Assembly (NCBI GenBank): GCA_963780685.1
Contig: CAWACZ010000017.1
Span: 320,563-384,562 of the forward strand
Length of the DNA: 64,000 nt
Reading direction: 5' to 3'
Origin: an uncultured Acidobacteriota bacterium
GTDB lineage: Bacteria; Acidobacteriota; Vicinamibacteria; Vicinamibacterales; CAVVIG01
Shown here: piece after piece, positions 1-9,719 of the stretch
Numbering within the stretch: position 1 is the first letter of the stretch
Layout of the letters: the number at the start of each line of letters is the position of its first letter
Notes under the pieces: generated by a model
Database searches by the model: none
Seen by the model: the letters and a program-made list of their open reading frames with translations, nothing else
What the model was told of the DNA's origin: nothing
Program-made: the position numbers and the translations under genes

Positions 1-681
1 ACGCGGCCGTTCTACCGATACGATCTGTGGGAGCAGCTCGAGGCGATCGGGTGGGCATCGCTGACCGTGGTGTCATTGACGGGCTTCTTCACGGGTGCCG
101 TCTTGGCGCTGCAAAGCGGCCTGACTCTCGACCAGTTCGGGGCCCGGCCGGTCGTCGGGCGGCTGGTCAGCGCGTCCATGATCAAGGAACTAGGTCCGGT
201 GCTGACGGGCCTGATGCTCAGCGGCCGGGTGGGGTCGGGAATTGCGGCCGAGCTCGGCTCGATGGTCGTCACCGACCAGATCAATGCTCTGCGAGCGCTC
301 GGCACGGACCCGATTCGAAAGCTGGTGGTGCCGCGGATGCTCGCCGGGTTTTTCATGGCACCGGCCCTGACGATTGTGTCCGACTTCCTTGGAATCGTTG
401 GTGGCTGGATTGTCGCGCGCTACCGATTGCAGGTGGCGACCGGCCTCTACTGGTCGTCGATCCAGCAGGCGCTCTATATGCAGGACGTCTGGATGGGCCT
501 CATCAAGCCGTTCGTGCTGGGTTTCGTGATCGTGACCATTGCCTGTCACGTCGGTCTGAGGACGAGTGGCGGCACGCGTGGTGTAGGAGAGGCGACCACT
601 CAGGCAGTGGTCATCGGGTCGGTCGCGGTCATCGCCGTCGACTATTTCGTGACCCAGTTGCTGGTCTCGCTCATCTATTGA
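1..681 (+). CDS. mlaE: MlaE-family ABC transporter permease, 5' end outside window
   Basis: Frame 1 is open from base 1 (listed ORF 67..681 is the in-window part). Polytopic membrane sequence with MlaE-like stretches (GPVLTGLMLSGRVGSGIAAELGSM, QINALRALGTDP). Followed directly by the ATPase and MCE genes. Confidence 0.8.
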   Translation, partial: TRPFYRYDLWEQLEAIGWASLTVVSLTGFFTGAVLALQSGLTLDQFGARPVVGRLVSASMIKELGPVLTGLMLSGRVGSGIAAELGSMVVTDQINALRALGTDPIRKLVVPRMLAGFFMAPALTIVSDFLGIVGGWIVARYRLQVATGLYWSSIQQALYMQDVWMGLIKPFVLGFVIVTIACHVGLRTSGGTRGVGEATTQAVVIGSVAVIAVDYFVTQLLVSLIY

Positions 682-693
682 CATCAGGACACC

Positions 694-1545
694 ATGGTCG
701 AAGGGGCAGTCGATACATTCAGGACCAAGAAGGCTGAAGCGCCTTCCGCTGAGCCGGTCGTCGCGTTCGAGCACGTTTCGCTTGCGTTCGACGACAAGGT
801 CATCCTCAAGGACGTCAGTTTCGCGCTGACTCAAGGAAACACGAAGATCATTCTCGGGGCGAGTGGCGCAGGAAAATCGATCACGTTGAAGATCATCATG
901 GGGCTGCTCAAGTCCGATGCCGGGGCCGTGTGGGTCAACGGGAACCGCGTCGACCAGCTCACTGAAGAAGCCATGATGCCCATTCGTGCCGATCTCGGCA
1001 TGGTGTTCCAGGAGGGGGCGCTGTTCGACTCGCTCACCGTTCGCGAGAACGTCGGCTACCGGTTGTACGAAGAAACGAACATGCCGCTCGAAGACGTCGA
1101 CCGGCGTGTCGAAGAAGTTCTCGGATTCGTCGGCCTGTCGGAGTTCATCGACCGCATGCCGTCTGCGCTTTCCGGCGGGCAACGGCGCCGAGTGGCTATC
1201 GCACGTGCGATGACGTCGAAGCCGAAAATCATCCTGTACGACGAGGCCACGACCGGCCTGGATCCGATCACGGCAACGACAGTGGACGACGAGATCATCA
1301 AGTTGAGGGACCTGGAGGAAGTGAGTTCAATCGTTGTCACCCATCAACTGCGCGACGCATTCTATATCGCGACTCACATGGCCGAGCGCGCCAAGGACGG
1401 CCGGATTCGCATCGTGCCGGCCGATCGCGAGAAGACGCGCGAAACGGAGTTTCTGATGCTGCGCGACGGCCTCATCGTGTTCGAAGGCGATGCGGACGCT
1501 CTCCGTGGCTCGAAGGATGAGTATCTCAAGACGTTTCTGTCCTGA
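694..1545 (+). CDS. mlaF: MlaF-like ABC transporter ATP-binding protein
   Basis: Walker A GASGAGKS, ABC signature LSGGQRRRVAIARA, Walker B ILYDEATTGLD. Starts 12 nt after the permease stop. Confidence 0.85.
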   Translation: MVEGAVDTFRTKKAEAPSAEPVVAFEHVSLAFDDKVILKDVSFALTQGNTKIILGASGAGKSITLKIIMGLLKSDAGAVWVNGNRVDQLTEEAMMPIRADLGMVFQEGALFDSLTVRENVGYRLYEETNMPLEDVDRRVEEVLGFVGLSEFIDRMPSALSGGQRRRVAIARAMTSKPKIILYDEATTGLDPITATTVDDEIIKLRDLEEVSSIVVTHQLRDAFYIATHMAERAKDGRIRIVPADREKTRETEFLMLRDGLIVFEGDADALRGSKDEYLKTFLS

Positions 1546-1601
1546 GCGCCGGCGATGAAGGGCCAGGAACGGCGGACCAAAGAAGGAATCAAGGACCAAA
1601 T

Positions 1602-2642
1602 ATGCCGCGCACACGTTCGCTCGCCTGGTCGGAGCTCAAAGTCGGCATTCTCACCGTCGTCGCCCTGGTGATTGCGGCGGCGACGATTTTCTCTCTGACC
1701 GGAAACCGTGGGTTTTTCTGGCAGCGATACAACCTGAAGACGCGGTTCGACAACATCGCGGGCCTCAAGGAGGGGTCTCCGGTGCGGATCGCTGGCGTCG
1801 AGGTCGGTCTGGTGACGGGCATCGAATTTGTCGGCGAAAAGGTCGATGTCACGTTCGAGTTGAACGACAGCCACCGCCAACGAATCACGAGCGCGTCCAC
1901 GGCCAAACTGGGGTCGGTGTCGTTGCTTGGCGAAAGCTCGGTGGATCTCACAGCCGCGACGAGCGGTGCGCCGATTCCGGACTGGGGGTACGTGCCGCAG
2001 GGCCGTCCGGTGGCTGCGTTGAGCGATGTCACCGACCAGGCCAGCCAGGGCGTCGAAGAGCTCACGAAGTTGCTGAAAGACGTTCGAGCGGGGAGGGGCA
2101 CGGTCGGCAAGCTGGTGACCGACGAGCAGTTATACGCGGACTTGACGAGGTTTGTTGCGACGGCCGGCGACGTCACTCGCGGAATCCAGCAGGGCCAGGG
2201 CACCCTTGGCAGGCTGGCCAAGGACCCGAAAGCGGCTGAAGCGCTGGAAGCGTCGCTCAGGAATCTCGAGACCATGACGCGGCAGATCAACGAGGGCGAA
2301 GGAAGCATCGGAAGACTGTTGAAGGACGAGACATTTTCGCGGACCCTGACCGATACCACGGCCAATCTGAGCGAGCTGACCGGGAAGCTGAACCGGGGCG
2401 AAGGAACCGCGGGGAAACTGCTCGCGGACGCGTCACTCTACAATCGTTTGAATGCGCTGGGCGATCAATTCGACCAGTTGATGAGCCGCTTGAACGAAGG
2501 TGAAGGCACGATGGGCCAGTTGCTGAAAGATCGACAGTTATATGAGAACATGAATGGCGCCGTAACCGATCTTCGAACGCTCGTTGCCGATATTCGGAGG
2601 GAGCCGAAGAAGTACCTCAACGTAAGGGTCAGCGTCTTCTAG
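1602..2642 (+). CDS. mlaD: MlaD/MCE-family substrate-binding protein with C-terminal repeats
   Basis: N-terminal TM anchor and MCE core (GLKEGSPVRIAGVEVG). Then five G-x-G-T/S-x-G-K/R-L-x-x-D repeats. Confidence 0.75.
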   Translation: MPRTRSLAWSELKVGILTVVALVIAAATIFSLTGNRGFFWQRYNLKTRFDNIAGLKEGSPVRIAGVEVGLVTGIEFVGEKVDVTFELNDSHRQRITSASTAKLGSVSLLGESSVDLTAATSGAPIPDWGYVPQGRPVAALSDVTDQASQGVEELTKLLKDVRAGRGTVGKLVTDEQLYADLTRFVATAGDVTRGIQQGQGTLGRLAKDPKAAEALEASLRNLETMTRQINEGEGSIGRLLKDETFSRTLTDTTANLSELTGKLNRGEGTAGKLLADASLYNRLNALGDQFDQLMSRLNEGEGTMGQLLKDRQLYENMNGAVTDLRTLVADIRREPKKYLNVRVSVF

Positions 2643-2720
2643 AGGCTAGAGGCTAGAGGCTAGAGGCTAGAGGCTAGAGGAGAAGAGGCTAGAGGCTAGA
2701 GGCTGGGGGCTAGAGGTCGG
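2643..2720. repeat. heptanucleotide tandem array (AGGCTAG)n, about 10 units with one 8-nt irregular unit
   Basis: Read directly: AGGCTAG x5 (2643-2677), AGGAGAAG, AGGCTAG x2, AGGCTGG, GGGCTAG, AGGTCGG. Starts immediately after the mlaD TAG stop. A period of 7 puts TAG in all three forward frames. Confidence 0.9.
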
Positions 2721-2749
2721 GGCTGCGACAACAACACAGGAGAAGAGCG

Positions 2750-3025
2750 ATGGCCAGAGATGAGGGAGCTGGGCCGGGAAGTATCCTGTTGGCGTTTCTG
2801 CTGGGTGCGGTGAGCGGGGCAGCGGTCGCGTTGCTGTACGCTCCCGCCACCGGTCGCGAGACGCGTGAGTATCTGAGCGAGCGCGCCCGCGAAGGCCGCG
2901 AGCGGGCAAACGTCATGGCCGAGAAGGGACGTCAAATCATCAACGAAGGCCGCGACACCCTCGCGTCGGCGATCGAGAAGGGACGCGAAGCGTACCATCA
3001 AGCACGGTCGCAGGAGAACGCGTGA
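2750..3025 (+). CDS. YtxH-domain protein
   Basis: 91 aa with an N-terminal hydrophobic helix (ILLAFLLGAVSGAAVALLYAP), then ATGRETREYL and a charged helical tail typical of the YtxH family. Confidence 0.7.
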   Translation: MARDEGAGPGSILLAFLLGAVSGAAVALLYAPATGRETREYLSERAREGRERANVMAEKGRQIINEGRDTLASAIEKGREAYHQARSQENA

Positions 3026-3444
3026 CTACGTGGTCTCAGGTTTTTCTGGGCGTCATTGCCTTCGCCACGCTGGTGACCGCGCTCATCCAGGTGGGCGTGA
3101 TCATCGCCGCTGGACGACTGGCCCGTCGTGTCAATCGGCTCGTCGATCAGTTCGAACGTGAGCTCAAGCCGACCTTCGGTCACGTCAATGATATCGGCCG
3201 GGACGCGGCACGGGCTGTGGCGGTGGCGACAGCCCAAGTGGAGCGCGCCAATCGACTCCTGGGGCAGTTTGCGCATCAAGCCGAGGCGACCGTGTCCACG
3301 CTCCAGACGAGCCTCGGCGCTCCTGCACGAGAAGGCAAAGCGCTGATGAGTGCGTTCCGCGCCGCCTTGGACGCCGTTCGGGAAGCCAGGCGCAATCCGC
3401 GCTCGCGCCGCCGCGTGGAAGACGAAGACGCGCTGTTCATCTAA
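3022..3444 (+). CDS. DUF948-like single-pass membrane protein
   Basis: GTG start overlaps the ytxH stop (GTGA), with an AGGAGA SD upstream. N-terminal TM helix followed by a helical region. YtxH/DUF948 pairing is common. Confidence 0.55.
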   Translation: MTTWSQVFLGVIAFATLVTALIQVGVIIAAGRLARRVNRLVDQFERELKPTFGHVNDIGRDAARAVAVATAQVERANRLLGQFAHQAEATVSTLQTSLGAPAREGKALMSAFRAALDAVREARRNPRSRRRVEDEDALFI

Positions 3445-3727
3445 CCTGCCTTGCGCCCGGTCAGTTGCCGGCACCGTACCGCCGCCGCCGATTTCTCTGG
3501 CGACCGAAAAACGACGCTTGCCGTTATGGAGCGTAAGGGAACTGGTTCCCGCGTTTCCGAAGCTCAACATCAGAGCCGGCGAGTGGCAAATCGCCGGGGT
3601 TGGTTTCGAGAAGCGTGAGCGAATCCGGTCGCAGTCTTGCCGGATCCGCATAGTGGCCGGCATGGGGCCCTTTCTATGCTCCTGATGGATCCCCGATCTG
3701 CCACCTCACGACCAAGGCGACACTCGC

Positions 3728-5059
3728 ATGAAATACTTTTCCTCGTTTCGATTCGAAGAGAACGACGGCACGTTGTTTCGAGGAGCCCAGAAGATCCCGT
3801 TGACACGCAAGGCCGGCGACCTGCTGCGATGCCTGCTCGACCATTCCGGCACTGTGACCGCGCACAAAACGATTCTCGCTACTGTCTGGCGCGACACCCA
3901 CGTGCAGCCCGGCAACATCAAAGTCCTGATTCGCGAGCTCCGGCGAGCACTCGGCGACGACCCGCGACGACCGCGTTTCATTCGAAGCGAACCAGCACGC
4001 GGCTATGCGTTCGTTGCGACAGCGTCTGAAGCGCCGCCACCGGGCAGCGACGTGGTGCGACGCGACAGGGCGCCGATTTTCATCAATCGTCGGTCCGAGC
4101 TCGAGAAGTTGCAGCACTGTTTGGCTGCGGCTGGCGAGTCCGACTGCCGCGTCATGCTGATCGAAGGCGAGCGCGGAATCGGAAAGACGACGCTGTGTGA
4201 TGCATTTCTTCACGTCGTGAGACAGATGCCGGCAACCCGGCTGTCTTACGGTCAATGTGTCGAGCAGACCAGGATCTGCGAGCCGTACTTTGCGATGCTG
4301 AATGCGCTGGACCACCTGGCGCGACAGTTCCCTGCGGAAGTGCCCCGGCTGCTCATGCGACACGCGCCAGGGTGGCTGCGCCAGTTGCCGCAATGGTCCC
4401 GGATGGCGGCTCGGACCGCGGCTATCGCACCCTGCGACCACCGCTCCTCGCGCATGATTCGCGAGATGATGGCGGCGCTGGAAGAGATCTCACGAGAAGC
4501 CACTCTGGTTTTGGTGCTCGAGGACTTGCACTGGGGAGACGTCGAAACGGTCGACTTGCTCCGCGCACTGGCCCGGCACCACACGCCGGCGAAGTTCTTC
4601 ATTGTCGCGACCTACGTGGCGAGCGAGGATTCACCAGCGGGGAGCGCCCTGGCGCGTCTTGCCGGCAATCTGCAATCGTTGCAGCCGTCTGCGTGGATGC
4701 CGATCGGCCCGCTCACCGAAGCTCATATCAGAGGCTATCTCGAAACGCGCTTCGGCACGCCCGCCCTCGACGGCCTCGCGCGGCCGCTCTGCAAGATGAC
4801 CGGAGGAAGTCCGCTGCGGCTTGTCAGCGCCATCGACACCCTTGTCGCGACAGGTCAGATCGGCAGTCACGCCGACGGATGGCGCCTGGAATTTGCGCTG
4901 TCGAACCCGAAGCCGCCACTGCCCGATGGATTGAGCGCCCCTGTGCTGTGGCCCGGCGCCCAATCGCCGTCGGAGGATGAAGTGGCTCTGCAGGAGGCCG
5001 CATTCGTCGCCTCGGAGCTGCTCGCAGGGACTACTGGGCGGTTCGGGCGAACGTCGTAG
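3728..5059 (+). CDS. winged-helix (OmpR/PhoB-type DNA-binding) plus P-loop ATPase regulator, possibly C-terminally truncated
   Basis: N-terminal trans_reg_C-like region (LTRKAGDLLRCLLDHSGTVTAHKTILATVWRDTHV...RGYAF). Walker A GERGIGKTTL and Walker B-like LVLEDLHWGD. Ends soon after the ATPase domain, with no TPR-like tail. Confidence 0.65.
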   Translation: MKYFSSFRFEENDGTLFRGAQKIPLTRKAGDLLRCLLDHSGTVTAHKTILATVWRDTHVQPGNIKVLIRELRRALGDDPRRPRFIRSEPARGYAFVATASEAPPPGSDVVRRDRAPIFINRRSELEKLQHCLAAAGESDCRVMLIEGERGIGKTTLCDAFLHVVRQMPATRLSYGQCVEQTRICEPYFAMLNALDHLARQFPAEVPRLLMRHAPGWLRQLPQWSRMAARTAAIAPCDHRSSRMIREMMAALEEISREATLVLVLEDLHWGDVETVDLLRALARHHTPAKFFIVATYVASEDSPAGSALARLAGNLQSLQPSAWMPIGPLTEAHIRGYLETRFGTPALDGLARPLCKMTGGSPLRLVSAIDTLVATGQIGSHADGWRLEFALSNPKPPLPDGLSAPVLWPGAQSPSEDEVALQEAAFVASELLAGTTGRFGRTS

Positions 5060-5735
5060 GGCAGGGCCGACCGCGATCCGATCCACAACGTGTCGTGACG
5101 ACCACGACCAATCGCGGTGTGTTTCGATCCGGCCGACGCACCAGCCGGCCGCGTATTCCTGTATTCCGCAGTCGTTGTTGTCGAAACTGAAAGGCCCGCC
5201 GGAGAGTTCGCCACGCGCGGGAGGCCGTGAGAGCCGTGAGGACCGGCCGCCTGCCGCCGAACTTCGCACGCCGTGCTTCGACGTTGCTCAGCACGCCCTG
5301 AGCGGAGTCGAAAGGGCGGGAAGCCGCGCGCGGCTTGCCCACTCTCTCGCCCCGGCGTCGACTATCAGCTGGCTTCGGCGACGGTCACGTGCGTGGCATG
5401 CACCGCCACAGTGACGTGCGGTTCCGGCGCGGCCGCCCGGGTGGTCCCGGCCGATGTCCGACGCACGCGAAAACTGGGCTGGGACCGCTACATCAAAATC
5501 GAAAATGCTCTAGCGGTCCGCTGTCGGGAGCCATTGGCGCAACAAATGGATTCGATGGGGCAGGCACCCAAGTGGTGGAAACCGCCAACCGTCAGGCGAG
5601 CGATCCCGGTGGAGGCGGTTGGCGAGGACTGAGTGTTTTGACAGGGATGGGCGATTAACCAGCAAGCAAATCCTACCGGACTCCTACCAAAATCTAACCG
5701 CCCGCGCCCGGTGAAAGCGTCAAGAATCGAACGCT

Positions 5736-6774
5736 ATGAGCTTCGCACCAGCACGTGGATCCGACTTTCCAGCCAAGCAATCCCTTCTCCCACCACCGGC
5801 CGCGGCTTTACTGCGATCGACGCCTGACGAGCGCGACGCCATCGTTGGCGAGAGCGACACGCTGAAGTACGCCATTTTTCGATCCGAGCAGGTGGCGGCG
5901 ACAGACGCCTCCGTCTTGCTCTGTGGGGAGACGGGGACCGGCAAGGAACTCCTGGCTCGGCGCATCCATCAGCACAGCCCTCGTCGCGATCGCCCGTTTG
6001 TCGTCGTCAACTGCGCGGCATTACCGGCGACGCTGATCGAGAGCGAGCTGTTCGGGCGGGAGCGCGGTGCGTTCACCGGCGCCTATGCGACCCAGATCGG
6101 CCGGTTCGAGCTGGCGAACCGGGGGACGGTGTTCTTGGACGAAGTGGGCGAATTGCCGCTCGAGCTGCAGCCGCGGCTCTTGCGGGTCGTCCAGGAGGGG
6201 CAGGTCGAACGTCTGGGCAGTCCGCGCACGGTGGATGTCGACGTCCGGATCATCGCCGCCACCAATCGTGATCTCGCCGACGAAGTCCGCCAGGGCCGAT
6301 TCCGCCGTGACCTCTTCTACCGCTTGAACGTGTTTCCAATCACGCTTCCATCGCTGCGCGATCGTCGCAGCGACATCCCGCTCCTCGTCCGGTATCTCGT
6401 GTCTCGGCTGGCCCCTGCCCTCCGAAAGCGGATAGAGGCGATTCCGCCGGAGGTCATGCGCATGCTCGAAACATACGACTGGCCCGGCAACGTACGCGAG
6501 CTCGAGAACGTTCTCCAGCGGGCAATTATTCTGTCCCACGGGTCGACGCTGTCGCTGAGCGAGGCATGGTTGCCTGCCCGAGAGCCGATGCCGATCGGCG
6601 AGGGCGTCACGTTGCTGGAGGTCGAACGACGCCACATCGTCCACGTGCTCGCGGCAAGCTGCTGGCGAATCGAAGGAGCTGGTGGTGCGGCGGCAGGTCC
6701 TGGGAATGAAGCCCAGCACGCTGCGCAGCCGCATGGCGAAGCTCGGAGTCGCCAGGCCTCGCAAGGAGAGCTGA
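5736..6774 (+). pseudogene. sigma-54-dependent activator remnant: AAA+ core only, no sensor domain, frameshift before the Fis-type HTH
   Basis: [30 protein letters not shown] and [11 protein letters not shown] motifs. Listed ORF 5736..6821 loses the HTH, which reappears in the +1 frame from ~6697 ([25 protein letters not shown], stop 6772-6774). Only ~45 aa precede the AAA+ domain. Confidence 0.65.
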
Positions 6775-6795
6775 TCGCCTGCTTCGAGCGTGCCG

Positions 6796-7137
6796 CTACC
6801 GCCCGGGAATCGACAGCGTGAAACGGGATTGAATCTCGTCGAACACGACTACGGGCCCTTCCCGGAGCAGAATCCGAATCCCTTTGAAGATCCGAAACTC
6901 GCGGGAGTTGAAGTAGGCGTCTGCTTCGCCCGTGGTTTGCCACTCGGACATCACCGTGAACGCATTGGGATCTTCGGTGTCGACGAGCAGCCGGCAGCGC
7001 TCGCATCCTGCCGTGTGACGCATCCGTTCCACCGCATCATCGACAGCGCTGAGGATCTCCGAGCGCTTGTGCGGCTGCGCGCGAAAGCTGATGGAGGCAA
7101 GAAGCATTGAGGACTGGAAAGAGGATGCAACTCCCAT
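6796..7137 (-). CDS. small ABM-like (dimeric alpha-beta barrel) protein
   Basis: ~100 aa with ...[43 protein letters not shown]...YFNSREF, resembling antibiotic-biosynthesis-monooxygenase domain proteins. A similar small gene lies at 48607..48924. The start may be the Met at 7107. Confidence 0.5.
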   Translation of the reverse strand: MGVASSFQSSMLLASISFRAQPHKRSEILSAVDDAVERMRHTAGCERCRLLVDTEDPNAFTVMSEWQTTGEADAYFNSREFRIFKGIRILLREGPVVVFDEIQSRFTLSIPGR

Positions 7138-7290
7138 TCCGAACGGGAGAGCGCGCTGTCATGCATTCGCGTGACATACACGCCCGCGACCGGCCGCGCG
7201 ATCCACGATGGGTGGTGGCGGGCAGCTGTTGGCGACCGCGATCGGTCGAGCCGGGCTTCGAGCGGGAGCGCGCGAGGAGGACGCCTCACG

Positions 7291-9705
7291 TCAGCGCCTT
7301 CTTCCTCCGCCCGCTCGCGCTCCGCCGCCACCGCCGCGATAGCTGCCGGTGCTGCGCGGCGTGGCGCTGCCGCTCCCGCTCCGGTAGTTCCCGTAGTCAG
7401 TGGTCCGCTGCGTGCCCTCGCGTCGGGCGGCTGAATCGCGGTTCAACTGATCGACCGTGCTGCGATCCGTGGCGCCAGGCCGCTCGCCTGTGGCCGAGCC
7501 GGTCGTCGGTTGTGGTCTTTCGCCGCTCGGCTGCCGGTCGGTATTCGACCAGCCACCGTTGTCGTACTTCTGCCATGTGCCGTCTTGCTGCCGATACGCG
7601 TTGCCGTCTTTCCCCGCGTAGACGTTGCCACCGTCGCCAACCGCGACAGCACCACCATTGGAGCCACGTCGAGTTACCGCACTCCCCTCGTCAGTCCTAA
7701 CAGTGCGTGTGGTCGTGCCAGTTTGTCTGTTCGTGTAACGATTGGTCTTTGCCCAATCATCGCCGCGCTGTACCGACGTCGAACCCCAGCTTCCGTACAC
7801 GTTCGATCCCTGACGCGTCTGTGCGTAGGTTCCCGTGCGCGGGTTGTACGCCTGTGCGGCGCCGCGAGCGCCGTAGGGACCATATGCCGCTGCGCCCCGG
7901 GCATAGGTGCCCGTGCGGGGGTTGTAGCGAGCGCCCACGCCGGCGCCGCCGTAGGGACCGTAGACAGCCGCGCTGCGCCCGTAGGCGCCCGTCCGCGGAT
8001 TGTACCAGGCAGAGTATCCGTAGGTTGGGAAGTGCGGATAGTAGTATGGATAGAATCCGCCATAGCCATAGTAAGGTGGATAGTACCAACCCGATCCCCA
8101 CACCGTGCAGCCCCAGGCGACCATCATCCCCGTATACCCGGCAGCCGCGGCAAACACGACCCAATCGTCATCGTCATCTTCTTCGATGGTCACGTACGTC
8201 ACGTGGTGCGCTGGTGAGCTGACGGGGATTTTATAGATCTCCTGCGGGACCGAGCTTGCGACTTCCCAGGGACCGGTTGCGCTCTTGCCGACGAACCACA
8301 CACCCTGATAACACATGTAGTACTGGTCGCCGAACTTGAAGACGTCCTTGTCGGTGTTTACGGCGCGTTGCACGGTCGTCGGCTCGATTGGCGTGAACTG
8401 GGGGTCGCCCTGGAACGCCACTTCGGGCGCCTTGGTCTCCTTTTTGTTGACCCGCGCAGTTTGAGGAATCTCCGCCAAGAGCACGGCGTCGATTGCCTCA
8501 TCCGTGCCTGGAACCGACGCCAACACACGCGACCGGTCGTGCTCGAGCGGAATCTTCTTGAAGTCCGCAGGGAGCGACGTCGTGGCAAACGTCCAGGGCC
8601 CGGTGAAATCTGGCGCCGAAAACCAACGCCCCGCCACCAGGTAGTAGACCGGTCCTGCCTTGCCCATCCGAAACACGTCACTGTCGGTGTTGTTCACCCA
8701 GAGGAGCCCGGTGCCTTGCACCAGAATGTAGCTCGGTTCGCCACGGAGCAGAATCAGCTCGGCTGGCGCGAAGCTGACGAAAACCTTTGGCACCGCCGAG
8801 GCCTTAACCGACTTACCCGGCAGATTCGCTTTGACGTCAGTCCAGTTCTCTTCTGCGGGCAGCTTCTTGAAGCTGTCCGGTAGCTTCCCGGCAGGGGACC
8901 AAGGGCCTTGGATGTCGGAGGCCTTGAGCCACGAGTCGTTGTTCCGAAGATAGTAGGTATTGGACGGACCGTGCTGAAACAAGTCCCAGTTGGTGTTGAC
9001 GGCAAACTTCAGATCGTTGTCCGGGATCGGACTCCAGATTGGTTCCCCATCCAGATTCACAATCACGGCTGGCGTCTTGCTGAAGAAAATGGTGGGGGGA
9101 TCGGCTTTTACGCCCTCCACGTTCTTCGGCACGATCTGGCTCTTGTCCAGATTGGCCAGGACTCGATCCAGGGCGATTACCCGGTCGTCGTCGAGCATCA
9201 CCTTGTCGATCTCCGAAGTGATCTCGCCCACCTGATCTTTCGGCAGGGTCTGGAAGTTGGCCTCGACGATCTTCATCTTCTGGAAGCTGACCAGCCTCTC
9301 GGTGACGGCAACTTTCGTGTCCGCCTCGAGCTTGATCGTGCCAATCGCTGCCTTGCTGCCAGCCTTGTCGCGATAAGACACGGCGCTGAAGGCCACGAGA
9401 TGTGCCTGCTTGTCCCAACTCGCGACCTGCGGCTGATAAAGAAGGATGCTCCCGCCGCTCGGCAGATCGTAGGTGCGCGGCCATCCGCCATCTATTGGGG
9501 CGGCAGCGGGCGCCGCGGCCGGGGCCGAGGGCGTTGACGCCGGCGGGGGCGTTGTCTTCTGAGGAGCCTGCGTCGAAGGCGCAGCCGGATTGGTTGCAGC
9601 CTGGCCGAGGCCCGCGGCCGCAACGAGGGGCGCCGCTGGCTGCACCAGGAGGCTCAGCGCCGCAATGGCCGTTACGACCCGTCCGGGGCGTTTCGCGTGT
9701 TTCAT
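7291..9705 (-). CDS. secreted protein of unknown function with three internal repeats and a Gly/Tyr/Arg-rich C-terminal tail
   Basis: Start moved to the internal ATG at 9705 (AAGGGAG SD, signal-peptide-like MKHAKRPGRVVTAIAALSLLV). Three repeats of the form YY..(W/F)....GPW......P..FKK(I/L)P. Tail has YNPRTG(T/A)Y repeats and ends GGGRRR. Confidence 0.6.
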   Translation of the reverse strand: MKHAKRPGRVVTAIAALSLLVQPAAPLVAAAGLGQAATNPAAPSTQAPQKTTPPPASTPSAPAAAPAAAPIDGGWPRTYDLPSGGSILLYQPQVASWDKQAHLVAFSAVSYRDKAGSKAAIGTIKLEADTKVAVTERLVSFQKMKIVEANFQTLPKDQVGEITSEIDKVMLDDDRVIALDRVLANLDKSQIVPKNVEGVKADPPTIFFSKTPAVIVNLDGEPIWSPIPDNDLKFAVNTNWDLFQHGPSNTYYLRNNDSWLKASDIQGPWSPAGKLPDSFKKLPAEENWTDVKANLPGKSVKASAVPKVFVSFAPAELILLRGEPSYILVQGTGLLWVNNTDSDVFRMGKAGPVYYLVAGRWFSAPDFTGPWTFATTSLPADFKKIPLEHDRSRVLASVPGTDEAIDAVLLAEIPQTARVNKKETKAPEVAFQGDPQFTPIEPTTVQRAVNTDKDVFKFGDQYYMCYQGVWFVGKSATGPWEVASSVPQEIYKIPVSSPAHHVTYVTIEEDDDDDWVVFAAAAGYTGMMVAWGCTVWGSGWYYPPYYGYGGFYPYYYPHFPTYGYSAWYNPRTGAYGRSAAVYGPYGGAGVGARYNPRTGTYARGAAAYGPYGARGAAQAYNPRTGTYAQTRQGSNVYGSWGSTSVQRGDDWAKTNRYTNRQTGTTTRTVRTDEGSAVTRRGSNGGAVAVGDGGNVYAGKDGNAYRQQDGTWQKYDNGGWSNTDRQPSGERPQPTTGSATGERPGATDRSTVDQLNRDSAARREGTQRTTDYGNYRSGSGSATPRSTGSYRGGGGGARAGGGRRR

Positions 9706-9719
9706 CACTTCGGCTCCCT

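Noticed and set aside
190-1182. Long ORFs antisense to well-supported genes. Examples: 190..1182(-), 8837..9826(-), 28172..29344(-), 59139..60644(-), 60973..62100(-), 62620..63777(-), 39994..41241(+), 44033..45427(+).
   Set aside because: They have Arg/Pro/Gly/Ala-rich low-complexity translations with no recognisable motifs. Each lies opposite a gene with strong family signatures. This is the expected stop-codon-poor antisense artefact of GC-rich DNA.
2643-2720. Heptamer arrays considered as CRISPR arrays (here and in the atp spacers).
   Set aside because: The units are 7 nt and directly abutting with no spacers. The arrays are under 140 nt and no cas genes are present. They are simple tandem repeats.
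3465-3480. Minus-strand GGTACGGTGCCGGCAA, resembling the GGTAC-type boxes.
   Set aside because: It points toward the 3' end of plus-strand genes with nothing to transcribe. The -12 is CGGCA and no CTCCGG-type element lies at the expected distance. A nearby ATCCGG-N11-CCGGAT repeat at ~3619-3645 has different geometry.
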